64,000 nt of DNA from Alphaproteobacteria bacterium. GTDB lineage: Bacteria; Pseudomonadota; Alphaproteobacteria; MPNO01; UBA830. The position numbers were made by a program, and so were the translations under genes. How positions within the stretch are numbered: position 1 is the stretch's first letter; each line of letters opens with the position of its first letter. The stretch spans positions 32,001-96,000 of the forward strand of contig OZ219791.1 of assembly GCA_964291215.2 (NCBI GenBank), written 5' to 3'. The notes below the pieces were generated by a model, which saw only the letters and a list, made by a program, of their open reading frames with translations, did not search any database and was not told where the DNA came from. Below, piece by piece: positions 30,609 through 40,737 of this stretch.

Positions 30609-32177
30609 ATGCGAATGAAACGGACCAATTTCCTGGCAACCACCGCCTTTGCGGCGATGTTGACGGCAGGTGCTGCGACAGCCGAAACGCTGATCGTCGC
30701 CTCGCCGCAGGTGCCCGAAGGCTTCGACGGCGATGCCTTGAAGGCCCACACGCAGAACGTCGTGGTGCAGACCTACGAAAACCTCGTCGTCTACGGCAAG
30801 AAGGAAGTCGATGGCCGGATGGTCAATGACCCTGGAAGCGTGGAACCGCATTTGGCCGAAAGCTGGACCATTTCGGAAGACGGCAAGACCTGGGTCTTCA
30901 AGCTCCGCGAAGGCATTATGAGCCCCCATGGCAACGAATTGACCGCTGATGACGTGGAATGGAGCTGGGCAAAATCCTTCGACCAGAAACGGACCGGCAA
31001 CTTCATCGCGCGCGTGTCCAACGTGACGAGCGTCAAGGCCATATCAAAGTACGAGGTCGAATTCACGTTGAACGCGCCAAGCTCGATCTTCCTGAAGGCT
31101 CTGACGCTCTACGTGCCGGGCATCTACGATTCGACGAAGATGAAGGAACACGCCACCGCTGACGATCCATGGGCGTTGGAGTGGATTCGGTCGAACACTG
31201 CTGGGTTTGGTGCCTATCACCTTGAATCGCTCAGACCCGACGATCAGGCTGTCTTCGTAGCAAACCCGAACTATTTCCTCGGCCAGCCGCACTTCGATCG
31301 AGTGATCTACAAGGAAGTGCCGTCCGAGGCCAGCCGGGTGACGCTCTTGAAGACCGGGCAAGTGCATCTGATCGACCGACCCTCGATCCAGAAGGTTGTT
31401 GATCTTCAAAACGATCCGAATGTGAAAGTCGACAGAGCATCGGGCCGTTCTATCGCTTCGGCGCGGATGAACCCGACCTGCGAACCTTTTGATGACGTCA
31501 GAGTGCGCCAGGCCGTCAACTACGCTGTCGACAAGGATGCCCTGAACATGGCTGTCTTTGCCGGTCAGGCGGACATCGCCAAATCCATCGTGCCGCCGAT
31601 TGTCGACGGCTATAACCCGAATCACTTCAAGTACGACTACAACCCTGAGAAAGCAAAGAAACTCCTGGCGGAAGCAGGATATCCGGACGGTATTGCCGAG
31701 CCGATCCAGCTTCTCTACGCCGACGCCTTCTGGCACCAGGAGCCGGTGGCAATCCAAATAGCCGACCAGTTGAAGAAGGTCGGGATCACCATTCAGCCGA
31801 CACGGGTGACGACATCCGAGATGCGCGCCAAAGGCTCGCCTAAAGAGCAGAGCATGTGCTTTTTCACCTGGGAAGACGGACCCATCGTCCTTGATCCGGT
31901 CTATTCGATGTACCTGATGTCGCACACAAGCGGCGTTTCGAACCGGGCGAAGTACTCCAACGCGCGGGTTGACGAGCTGATCGACAAGTCGCGCGAGGAA
32001 CTCGACGCAACCAAGCGGCTGGCCATGATGGACGAGGCGCAGAAGCTCTGGGTCGAGGACGCACCTTGGGTGTTGACCACCTATCCCGCCACATTCGAGG
32101 CTATGGCTCCCAATGTCTCGGGCTGGGTGCATTACCCGGACGAGCACGAGCGCTGGCGCGAGCTCGTTTCAGAGTAA
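30609..32177 (+). CDS. ABC transporter substrate-binding protein, Dpp/Opp family
   Basis: Signal peptide, PHLAESWTISEDGKTWVFKLREG, PFDDVRVRQAVNYAVD. Confidence 0.93.
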   Translation: MRMKRTNFLATTAFAAMLTAGAATAETLIVASPQVPEGFDGDALKAHTQNVVVQTYENLVVYGKKEVDGRMVNDPGSVEPHLAESWTISEDGKTWVFKLREGIMSPHGNELTADDVEWSWAKSFDQKRTGNFIARVSNVTSVKAISKYEVEFTLNAPSSIFLKALTLYVPGIYDSTKMKEHATADDPWALEWIRSNTAGFGAYHLESLRPDDQAVFVANPNYFLGQPHFDRVIYKEVPSEASRVTLLKTGQVHLIDRPSIQKVVDLQNDPNVKVDRASGRSIASARMNPTCEPFDDVRVRQAVNYAVDKDALNMAVFAGQADIAKSIVPPIVDGYNPNHFKYDYNPEKAKKLLAEAGYPDGIAEPIQLLYADAFWHQEPVAIQIADQLKKVGITIQPTRVTTSEMRAKGSPKEQSMCFFTWEDGPIVLDPVYSMYLMSHTSGVSNRAKYSNARVDELIDKSREELDATKRLAMMDEAQKLWVEDAPWVLTTYPATFEAMAPNVSGWVHYPDEHERWRELVSE

Positions 32178-32210
32178 TGGTGCTGAACGGGGTGGAAATG
32201 GGTTGAACAC

Positions 32211-33224
32211 ATGACGTTCAACCGCTTTCTGCTACGCAGGTTCCTGATGGCGATCCCGCTTCTGGTCGGGATCGTCTTCGTAACCTTCATGCTGGTCCGC
32301 GTTGGCGGGCTGGATCCGGTCGGTCGCCTGGCAGGGCCCACGGCGACCGCCGAAGAATTCGACATGATCCGCGCCGAACTGGGTCTGGACGAGCCGCTCT
32401 GGAAACAGTTCGCGATCTATGCAGGCAACGTGGCGCAGGGCGATCTTGGGGAAAGCTGGCTTTCCAACCGCCCTGTCCTGACCGACCTCAAGGAACGCGC
32501 TTTTATCTCGATCGAACTTTTGTTCTGGGGCGTGGGAATAGGAATCTTGATTGGCGTGCCCATCGGATTGCGCGCCGCGTTCAGACCGAACGGCAAGTTT
32601 GATCAGGTCAGCCGCGTCCTGTCGCTTTTGGGCTTTTCCATCCCGACCTACTGGCTCGGGCTGGTGATGCTGTTCGTCTTCTTCTATCTCTTGAGGTGGG
32701 CACCGCCCGGCATTGGCCGGATCAATCTCATGGTCTCGCCACCCGACTATGTGATCGGCTCCTATTTTATTGACGGTCTTCTGGCCGGCGATTGGCGGGC
32801 TGCGAAATCGGCGGCCACGCATTTGATCCTGCCTGTGGTTTGCCTGGCCATTGTGTCAGCCGCGCCAATCATCAAACAGACCCGCGCCATTGCGCTTGAA
32901 GTGCTGTCCTCCGACGCCGCCCGCTACGCCCGCGCTTCAGGTCTGCCGCAAAAGACCGTGCGCAAACTGGTCCTGAAGAACAGCGCCACGCCGGTCGTCA
33001 CGTTCGTCGGCACCGAGATCACGGGCCTCGTGGGCACCATGTCGCTGATCGAATACGTCTTCGCCTGGGGTGGCCTTGGGCAATACGGGCTGAACGCCAT
33101 CGTCCGGGGCGACTTCACCGCCGTTCAGGGTTATGTCCTGACACTGGCCCTGTTCTCGGTCGTGGTCTTCCTGATCGTGGATATCATCGTGGCCCTCATC
33201 GAACCAAGGTCGGAGCTGACCTGA
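32211..33224 (+). CDS. ABC permease (DppB-like)
   Basis: LGLDEPLWKQF, GDLGESW, ARASGL, IEYVFAWGGLG. Confidence 0.92.
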   Translation: MTFNRFLLRRFLMAIPLLVGIVFVTFMLVRVGGLDPVGRLAGPTATAEEFDMIRAELGLDEPLWKQFAIYAGNVAQGDLGESWLSNRPVLTDLKERAFISIELLFWGVGIGILIGVPIGLRAAFRPNGKFDQVSRVLSLLGFSIPTYWLGLVMLFVFFYLLRWAPPGIGRINLMVSPPDYVIGSYFIDGLLAGDWRAAKSAATHLILPVVCLAIVSAAPIIKQTRAIALEVLSSDAARYARASGLPQKTVRKLVLKNSATPVVTFVGTEITGLVGTMSLIEYVFAWGGLGQYGLNAIVRGDFTAVQGYVLTLALFSVVVFLIVDIIVALIEPRSELT

Positions 33225-34123
33225 TGGCGGATACGGTCGGCGAATTCGGGCATGATCAAGTGGCCGAGCCGTCCTTCAGGTTGAAAAACCGGCTGATCGG
33301 AATTGCCCGTGTCAGCCCCACGATGGCCGCAGGCGTGATCATCATTCTGACCTTCGGTTTCCTGGCAGTCTTTGCCCATTGGCTCATGCCGCACGACCCG
33401 GTGTCTTCGTACCACGACCGTGTGCTCCAATCACCCTCCGCCCAGCACTGGTTCGGCACCGACGGCAACGGCATGGATGTCTTTTCCCGCGTGATCTACG
33501 GCGCGAAATTCGGGTTCGGCATTGCGATCCCGGCCGTGCTGCTGTCGGTGGTAATTGGCATCCCTGTCGGGCTGATTGCTGGTTATCGCGGTGGCTATCT
33601 GGACGAGGCGCTGATGCGTTTCTTCGACGGATTGCGCGTCTTTCCCTCGATCATCCTCGCCCTTGCAGTGGTCGCCGCCACAGGGCAATCGCTTTTGAAC
33701 GTGGTGTTGGTGCTGGGCTTCCTCGATTCCCCCGTCTTCGCGCGCGTGGTCCGGTCCGAAGTGCTGGCGCTCCGCTCCTCGGTCTTCGTGGAAAGCGCAC
33801 GGGCGGCGGGTAATCCGACCTGGCGTATTCTTTTCGTCCATCTCTTACCGAACGCCATTCAAGGGGCCATGGCGCAGACCGCCGTGCGGGCGGCCTGGGC
33901 GGTCAGGATCAGCGCGACGCTCGCTTTCCTCGGGGTCGGCATCCAGGCACCAACCCCGGAGTGGGGTGCGATGATCCGGCAGGGGGCCGAGTTCATAGTC
34001 ACCGGCCAGTGGTGGGTGGCACTGTTTCCCGGCATCGCGCTGATTTTCCTGGTCTTCGGGCTGAACCTCTTCGGCGACGGCCTGCAAGACCTGATGGACC
34101 CGCGATGGAAGGCCGTTAAGTGA
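33224..34123 (+). CDS. ABC permease (DppC-like)
   Basis: HWFGTDGNGMDVFSR, VESARAAG, PTPEWGAMI. Confidence 0.92.
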   Translation: MADTVGEFGHDQVAEPSFRLKNRLIGIARVSPTMAAGVIIILTFGFLAVFAHWLMPHDPVSSYHDRVLQSPSAQHWFGTDGNGMDVFSRVIYGAKFGFGIAIPAVLLSVVIGIPVGLIAGYRGGYLDEALMRFFDGLRVFPSIILALAVVAATGQSLLNVVLVLGFLDSPVFARVVRSEVLALRSSVFVESARAAGNPTWRILFVHLLPNAIQGAMAQTAVRAAWAVRISATLAFLGVGIQAPTPEWGAMIRQGAEFIVTGQWWVALFPGIALIFLVFGLNLFGDGLQDLMDPRWKAVK

Positions 34124-35115
34124 GCCTTCTCAAAGTCGAGAACCTGCGCACTCATTTCATTTCCCGCGATATCGACAACCGAGTTCGCACGGCAGAAGCC
34201 CTGAACGATGTCAGCTTCTCGCTGGACGCCGGCAAGGTGCTGGGCTTCGTAGGCGAGACGGGCGCGGGCAAGTCCCTGACCGCACAATCCATCTGTGGGC
34301 TTCTGCGCCCGCCCGCGCGGATCGTCGGCGGGAGGGTGACATTCGACGGTCATGATCTGACGGCGATGGACCCTGACGAACTGAATGCGCTTCGGGGGGC
34401 CGACATTGCGATGGTGGTGCAGAACCCGCGTACTTCGCTGGACCCGCTGACGCGGATCGGCGACCAACTTGTGCGCATTCATCAGGCCCACAGCGGCGGG
34501 CCCCTGGCCTCGTCGCAGGCGCGCGCTTTGGAGATGATGGAGGCGGTCGGCATCCCCGATCCCAAAAACCGCGCGAAGGCCTGGCCGCACGAGTTGTCCG
34601 GTGGTATGGCGCAGCGTGTGCTGATCGCCATGGCGCTGATGAACGACCCCAAGCTGTTGATCGCGGACGAACCGACGACCGGTCTGGATGTGACCGTTCA
34701 GGCGCAAATACTCGATTTGCTGAAGGACCTGACCGAACGATATTCGATGGCGATGATCATCATCACTCACGATCTGGGCATCGTCGCCCATTACAGCGAC
34801 GAAGTCGCGGTGATGTTCGCAGGCACCATCGTCGAAGCCGGGCCGGTCGGTGCTATCTTTGACGCACCCGCGCACCCCTATACCCGCTCACTGATCGCCG
34901 CGACGCCCGAACGGCTGAAAGTCGGCGGCGGTGCCAAACTCGGCGGCCAACCACCTGATCTTTACAACCTGCCAAGCGGCTGTCCGCTGCGCACCCGCTG
35001 CACTTTTGCGCGCGAGATCTGCGCCTCGCCGCCGCCCAGGCAAGAGATCGGTTCGGATCATTTCGCCATGTGCCACCTTGCCGAGGCCCTGCCCGATGAA
35101 GGAAACGCGGCATGA
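34120..35115 (+). CDS. ABC ATPase (DppD-like)
   Basis: GETGAGKS, LSGGMAQR, IADEPTTGLD, HPYT. Confidence 0.93.
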   Translation: MSLLKVENLRTHFISRDIDNRVRTAEALNDVSFSLDAGKVLGFVGETGAGKSLTAQSICGLLRPPARIVGGRVTFDGHDLTAMDPDELNALRGADIAMVVQNPRTSLDPLTRIGDQLVRIHQAHSGGPLASSQARALEMMEAVGIPDPKNRAKAWPHELSGGMAQRVLIAMALMNDPKLLIADEPTTGLDVTVQAQILDLLKDLTERYSMAMIIITHDLGIVAHYSDEVAVMFAGTIVEAGPVGAIFDAPAHPYTRSLIAATPERLKVGGGAKLGGQPPDLYNLPSGCPLRTRCTFAREICASPPPRQEIGSDHFAMCHLAEALPDEGNAA

Positions 35116-36101
35116 CCGGCCCGATCCTGAACGTCGAGAAACTGGTCAAACGCTTTCCCGCTGGCGGAGGCAGGTTCGTCAACGCCGTCAACGGCATCGA
35201 CCTTGCCATTGCGCCCGGCGAAACCCTGGGGATGGTCGGTGAAAGCGGCTCGGGCAAATCGACCATCGGGCGCGCCATCCTGAGGCTGACCGAGCCGACC
35301 GAGGGCCGGATCACCTTCGATGGACAGGACATCACGCGCATTCCCGAACGCCGGATGCGTCTTTTGCGCCGAGACATGCAGATGGTGTTTCAGGATCCCT
35401 GGAGTGCGCTCAATCCCCGAATGCGAATCGGAGACCTGATTGCCGAACCGATGAAACTTCACCTCGATCTGTCGAAGACCGAGCGTGAAAACAAGACTGT
35501 CGACCTGGCCAAACGCGTCCACCTCAGGCCCGATTTCCTCAGGAGGCATTCCAGCGATCTGTCCGGCGGGCAACTGCAACGGGTCTGCATCGCCCGCGCC
35601 ATCGCCACCAATCCGAAGCTGATCGTTCTTGATGAACCAACGTCATCGCTCGATCTGTCGGTGCGGGCCGAAATCCTCGATCTTCTGGCCGAGATCCGCG
35701 AACAGACCCAGGCGGCGATGCTGTTCATCAGCCACGACCTTGGCACCGTCCGCTTGATCAGCGACCGGATCGTCGTGCTCTATCTCGGGTTCGTAGTGGA
35801 AACCGCGCCAACCGAGGCGCTGTTCTCGGAACCGGCCCATCCCTATTCGCAATCCCTCCTTTCAGCCCATCTGCCTGCCGACCCCTCGGCAACACTGGCC
35901 CGTCACGTTCTTGAAGGCGAGGTTCCCTCCCCCATCAACCTACCCAGGGGTTGTACCTTTCACACTCGCTGCCCGGCGACCGTCGACCGTTGCCGGAAAG
36001 AGGTTCCCGGCCCGGAACAGATTGGCCGCGACGATCATGTGGCCAATTGCTTGCGCATCGCGGAAGGCGGCAACCGCATCAAATCGACGGAGGCGGCATG
36101 A
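35112..36101 (+). CDS. ABC ATPase (DppF-like)
   Basis: GESGSGKST, LSGGQLQR, LDEPTSSLD, GCTFHTRC. Confidence 0.93.
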   Translation: MTGPILNVEKLVKRFPAGGGRFVNAVNGIDLAIAPGETLGMVGESGSGKSTIGRAILRLTEPTEGRITFDGQDITRIPERRMRLLRRDMQMVFQDPWSALNPRMRIGDLIAEPMKLHLDLSKTERENKTVDLAKRVHLRPDFLRRHSSDLSGGQLQRVCIARAIATNPKLIVLDEPTSSLDLSVRAEILDLLAEIREQTQAAMLFISHDLGTVRLISDRIVVLYLGFVVETAPTEALFSEPAHPYSQSLLSAHLPADPSATLARHVLEGEVPSPINLPRGCTFHTRCPATVDRCRKEVPGPEQIGRDDHVANCLRIAEGGNRIKSTEAA

Positions 36102-38092
36102 CAGCCGACGCCTATCCAATCCTCGGCAGCCCGATGAAACTGGGCCCAAAAACCGCGCGCAATCGCATCTGGATGACGGCCCATGCAACGCTCCTGGTCA
36201 AGGACCACCTCTTCACCGAAGCACATCTGGCCTATTACCGCGCACGTGCAAAGGGCGGCGCTGCCGTCATCACGATGGAGGCCATGGCCGCGCACCCGAC
36301 GACCCAGCCCTATAAGGGTAAGGCCTTCGCCTTCGATCCGCGCATGGCGCCCGAATACCGCAAGCTGGCGGATGCCGTTCACGAATACGGCACGCTTCTG
36401 TTGTCCCAGCCTTGGCACCGGGGACGGCAGACCAACAGCGTTACCAACGGGTTGCCGGTCTGGGCGCCCTCCGCCGTGCCTTGCGGGGTCTACCGCGAGA
36501 TGCCCCATGTGATGACCGGCAAGGACATCGCCGAGATCATCGAAGGCTACCGCGCCTCGGCCAAGATATCCCGCGAAGGCAGGCTGGACGGGGTCGAAGT
36601 CCACGGGATGAGCCACGGATACCTGTTGAACCAGTTCCTGTCGCCCGCCACCAATCACCGAAGCGACGCCTATGGCGGTTCGCTGGATGACCGGATCCGG
36701 ATCGTGATCGAAATCCTGGAAGCCACGCGCCAGGAAGTCGGCCCCGACATGATCGTTGGTATGCGCTTGAATTCGGATGACGGGCACGAGGGCGGGCTTG
36801 GCCCCGACGAATGGGCCGAGATCGCCGCGCTCTTCGAGGCAACGGGGCTGATTGACTATGTCTCGCTCAGCCACGGGACCTATATCAACCGGATGCTGAT
36901 TTATCCGACATCGCCCAAAGAGCACGGGTTCCAACTCGACGCCACGGCTCGGGTCAAATCGGCGCTGAAAGTTCCGGTCGTCGGCGTCGGGCGGATCACC
37001 AACCCCGAGGAGGCCGAAGGCTATCTCGCGGATGGCAAGTGCGATTTCGTCGGCATGGCCCGGGCGCTGATCTCGGACCCCCGCTGGGGCGCGAAAGCGA
37101 TGTCGGGCGAGGCCAGGCGCATTCGCCCCTGTGTCGGTGCCAACTGGTGCATGTCGACGATCTTTGCCCAGGCCCCGGTCGGATGCATCCATAACCCGGC
37201 GGCGGGTCAAGAGCTGGAATTCGACGAAGACAACATCGCTTCCTCCGAAGCACCCCGCAGCGTCGCGGTGGTGGGCGGAGGCCCCGCCGGACTACGCGCC
37301 GCCTGGACGGCGGCACGTCGCGGCCATCGGGTGACGCTTTTCGAAGCACGTGAGAAACTCGGCGGGCAGGTCCGCTTCTGGGAAAAGGCCGAAAGCCGTC
37401 GCGAGTTGGTCGCCGTGGTCGATTGGCTGATTGACCGTCTGTCCGAGGAAGATGTCACCCTCCGCCTGAACACCAAAGCCACACCGGATGACCTGACCGG
37501 TTTCGACGCCGTCATCGTCGCGACCGGATCGTCCGGACTGAAACATGGCTGGACCATGCTGCGCCCCGAGAAATGGAAAGGCCCGCCCTTGCCCGGGGCC
37601 GATCTGCCGCATGTGTTCTCATACACGGAACTCTTGGAAACCGAGCCCAAAGTCGGACACCGCGCGGTGGTTTTCGACACGATGGGCGGACGGCAAGGCG
37701 CGGTGACTGCGGAATTCCTCGCACGCCAGGGTGCCGAAGTGATCTTCGTCACGCAACTTGGTCAACCCTCCCCCGATCTCGCCTCCAGCCGCGATTGGGG
37801 CAAGGTGCACGGCATGCTCCGGAAGCTTGGCGTCAGTTTCAAGGTTGACCGGGAGCTCACCGAGATCTCGGAAAGCACCGTGACAATCCGCGATCTCTAC
37901 ACCGGCGAAACCGAGGTTATTCAGAACATCGACACGGTTACCATGATCGTTGGAAGCCAGGCGCAGGACACACTGTTTCATACGCTCACGGCAACCGATG
38001 GCCCCGATTGCCACCTGATTGGGGATGCCATGGCCCCCCGCCGGGTGAACGACGCGATCCGCGAGGGCGAGATGGTCGCCCGCTGTCTCTAA
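36098..38092 (+). CDS. NADH:flavin oxidoreductase (OYE/FadH-like), paralog 2
   Basis: ARNRIWMTAH, HGYLLNQFLSP..N.R.DAYGGS, CVGANWC, VVGGGPAG. Start is ATGA-coupled at 36098. Confidence 0.9.
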   Translation: MTADAYPILGSPMKLGPKTARNRIWMTAHATLLVKDHLFTEAHLAYYRARAKGGAAVITMEAMAAHPTTQPYKGKAFAFDPRMAPEYRKLADAVHEYGTLLLSQPWHRGRQTNSVTNGLPVWAPSAVPCGVYREMPHVMTGKDIAEIIEGYRASAKISREGRLDGVEVHGMSHGYLLNQFLSPATNHRSDAYGGSLDDRIRIVIEILEATRQEVGPDMIVGMRLNSDDGHEGGLGPDEWAEIAALFEATGLIDYVSLSHGTYINRMLIYPTSPKEHGFQLDATARVKSALKVPVVGVGRITNPEEAEGYLADGKCDFVGMARALISDPRWGAKAMSGEARRIRPCVGANWCMSTIFAQAPVGCIHNPAAGQELEFDEDNIASSEAPRSVAVVGGGPAGLRAAWTAARRGHRVTLFEAREKLGGQVRFWEKAESRRELVAVVDWLIDRLSEEDVTLRLNTKATPDDLTGFDAVIVATGSSGLKHGWTMLRPEKWKGPPLPGADLPHVFSYTELLETEPKVGHRAVVFDTMGGRQGAVTAEFLARQGAEVIFVTQLGQPSPDLASSRDWGKVHGMLRKLGVSFKVDRELTEISESTVTIRDLYTGETEVIQNIDTVTMIVGSQAQDTLFHTLTATDGPDCHLIGDAMAPRRVNDAIREGEMVARCL

Positions 38093-38111
38093 CCCAAGGA
38101 AAGGACACCCG

Positions 38112-38528
38112 ATGACCCCGGAAGGAAAGGCCGAGTTGGACAAGATCCGCGAAGTGCGTGGCTATACGCTGCCAGTGCACGAGTACCTCGCCGAGCTTGA
38201 TCCCGAGATGCTAAAACGCTACGGCAACTTGGCCTCGTACACGCTCTTTGGCGACGCCGAGGGGCGTCCGATGGACCTGAAAACGCGGTTCCTCGTGCTG
38301 GTTGGCGTGACCACGGCAGTCAAAGGGGACCGCGAAGGCGTTGAATGGGCCGCCATCCGGGCGATCCAGAACGGTGCCACCTGGAAAGAGGTCTACGAGG
38401 CCGCTTTCATGGCCGCCCTGCCCGCCGGTATCCCCGCTTTCGAGGCCAGTTGCCGCGCCTTCAATGCCATGAAAGAAGGCGACGCCTGGGTAGACCTTGA
38501 GATGCCCGAGGATGATGGCGACGGGTGA
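38112..38528 (+). CDS. Carboxymuconolactone decarboxylase/AhpD-like protein (no CxxC)
   Basis: MDLKTRFLVLVGV...AIQNGATWKEVYEAAFMA..AGIP. Confidence 0.75.
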   Translation: MTPEGKAELDKIREVRGYTLPVHEYLAELDPEMLKRYGNLASYTLFGDAEGRPMDLKTRFLVLVGVTTAVKGDREGVEWAAIRAIQNGATWKEVYEAAFMAALPAGIPAFEASCRAFNAMKEGDAWVDLEMPEDDGDG

Positions 38529-40108
38529 GCGAGAAGGCGGATATCGCCATCGTCGGCGGTGGCGCGGGCGGTCTGGCCTTCGCCTGGGCCGTGGCCGCGC
38601 GCGGGCTGAAGGTCGTACTTTTGGAACGCGGGCGGGCCGTCGATCAGCGTCAGGCGCCAACGCTTGATGACGATTGGGAACTGGCGCTTCAAACCACCTA
38701 TAACGCCAACCCGAACCTGCGCGCAGGGCCTGCCGATCACCCGGTCGACGACAAAGATAGCCCCATCAAGCCCGCCTTCTTCAACGCGCTCGGTGGCAGC
38801 ACCATCCGCTGGGGTGCCCATTTCCCGCGCTTCCGTCCGTCGGACTTCCGACCCCGTGCTCTGGATGGCGTCGGACAGGATTGGCCCCTGACCTACAGTG
38901 ACCTCGAACCCTGGTATGATCTGAACGATGTCATGATGGGCGTGGCGGGACTTGCGGGAGACCCCGGCAATCCGCCCCGCGCGCGACGTCCCTGCCCGCC
39001 CCTGCCACTTTGCCCCGTGACGGAAAAACTGGCCAAAGCCTTCGATAAACTCGGTTGGCACTGGTGGCCTTCCGATGCCGCAATCCTGACCGAAGACCTT
39101 GGCGTGCGCGACAGCTGCAACAATTGCGGCCCCTGCGGCCTAGGCTGCCCTCGCCATGCCCGCGCGAGTGCCGACATCGCCTATGCCGATGCAGCACGCG
39201 CGCGGGGCGTGGATATTCGTACCGGCGTCACCGTGGCCGGGCTCGAGGTGTCCTCCAACGGTGCCCGCGTCGAGGCGCTGCGCACCATCGGGCCAGACGG
39301 TCACGGTCGCCTGAGCCCCGCCGAGACTGTGATTGCCGCCAACGGACTCGGCACCGCACGGCTTTTGCTACCGGAGTCCAAACTGCACCATCCGCTTCTT
39401 GGCCGTGGATTGATGCTGCACCCGACCGCCATTGTCACCGGTCTCTTCCGCGAAACCCTGCAAAGCTATCGCGGTGCCTTCGCTGCCGCCCTCGTCAGCC
39501 AGGAATTCTATGAGACCGACAAGGCGCGCGGATTCGCGCGAGGCTTCCAGATGCAGGCGCTGCGGGGTCAAGGTCCGCTCACCACTGCCCAGGGTGGCTA
39601 TGGAACGCGGCTGCCTTGGGGGCGGCTCCACGCGGAAACCTTCGAACAAACTTTCGGACGCACGCTCAGCCTGACAGTGACCTGCGACGACCTCCCCGAG
39701 GACGAAAACCGGATCGATATCGACCCAACTCGCCAGGACCGGTGGGGGATGCCGATCCCGCGAATGATCTATCGACTTGGCGAGAACACCCGCGCCATGC
39801 GCGACTTCGGTGTCGCCCGCGCCTCGGAAGCCCTCCGCGCCGCCGGGGCCTGGAAGATCGTGGTCACGAGGCTCTCCCATACCGCTGGCTTCCACCTCAT
39901 GGGCACGGCCCGGATGGGACACGACGAATGCACCAGCATCACCGACCGGGATGGCCGTATGCAAGGCGTCGAAAACCTCACCATTGTCGACAGCTCGACC
40001 TTCGCCTCCGCGGCAGCCGTCAACCCAACACCGACTTTGCAGGCCGTTGCCCTACGCGCGGCAGATGCCATGCGGCAACGGCTGGGGCTAGGTGAGGTAA
40101 CCCCATGA
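38525..40108 (+). CDS. GMC-family oxidoreductase (paralog 2)
   Basis: GGGAGG, LGGSTIRW, CNNCGPC, HLMGTARMG, VNPTPT. Confidence 0.9.
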   Translation: MSEKADIAIVGGGAGGLAFAWAVAARGLKVVLLERGRAVDQRQAPTLDDDWELALQTTYNANPNLRAGPADHPVDDKDSPIKPAFFNALGGSTIRWGAHFPRFRPSDFRPRALDGVGQDWPLTYSDLEPWYDLNDVMMGVAGLAGDPGNPPRARRPCPPLPLCPVTEKLAKAFDKLGWHWWPSDAAILTEDLGVRDSCNNCGPCGLGCPRHARASADIAYADAARARGVDIRTGVTVAGLEVSSNGARVEALRTIGPDGHGRLSPAETVIAANGLGTARLLLPESKLHHPLLGRGLMLHPTAIVTGLFRETLQSYRGAFAAALVSQEFYETDKARGFARGFQMQALRGQGPLTTAQGGYGTRLPWGRLHAETFEQTFGRTLSLTVTCDDLPEDENRIDIDPTRQDRWGMPIPRMIYRLGENTRAMRDFGVARASEALRAAGAWKIVVTRLSHTAGFHLMGTARMGHDECTSITDRDGRMQGVENLTIVDSSTFASAAAVNPTPTLQAVALRAADAMRQRLGLGEVTP

Positions 40109-40542
40109 CAGTACAAGACCCGCTCGTTATCCTTCTCGACACCCTCTTGCCCGGCGACGGATCCGATTGGCCAGCGGCGGGCCAGCATGGGCTGGCAAAC
40201 CGCACACGCGAACTTACCGCTCTTTTTCCCGGCGGTTCCGAAGCGCTTGAAACCATTCTGGCCGCCCTGCCAAATGGCTTTGCCGACAAACCGCAGGAAT
40301 TGCGCGAAAGTCAGCTAAAGGCAATCGAAGACACCGAACCCGAAGCCTTCGAAAAAACCGTCTCGGCAGCCTACAACGCCTATTACACCGACCCCACCAT
40401 TCGAGACATCATCGAATGGCTGACCGGATACGAAAACCGCCCGCCCCAGCCCGAAGGCTATGACCTGCCGCCCTTCGACGAAAGCCTGCTCGATCAGGTC
40501 AAGGCACGCGGCCCGATCTGGCGCAAGGTGCCCGAAGAATGA
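40105..40542 (+). CDS. Gluconate 2-dehydrogenase subunit-3-like small partner of the GMC enzyme
   Basis: LDTLLPG..WPAA...AYYTDP...GY..RPPQPEGY; translationally coupled to the GMC gene. Confidence 0.6.
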   Translation: MTVQDPLVILLDTLLPGDGSDWPAAGQHGLANRTRELTALFPGGSEALETILAALPNGFADKPQELRESQLKAIEDTEPEAFEKTVSAAYNAYYTDPTIRDIIEWLTGYENRPPQPEGYDLPPFDESLLDQVKARGPIWRKVPEE

Positions 40543-40737
40543 GCGGATATTCCGGCATTCTGGAACCGCGCCCAGCCATCGGAGCCGGGGCCATGCTCAT
40601 CAATACCGTGCTGATCGTGGTCATGGGAGTCGCGGTGAAGACGCTGGCCCATATGGACGTTGGCACGCTTGAAATGCTGACCTGGCGCGCGGTGCTGATG
40701 TTTGTTCTCCTTCTCCCTTTTCTGATCAAAGTGGAGC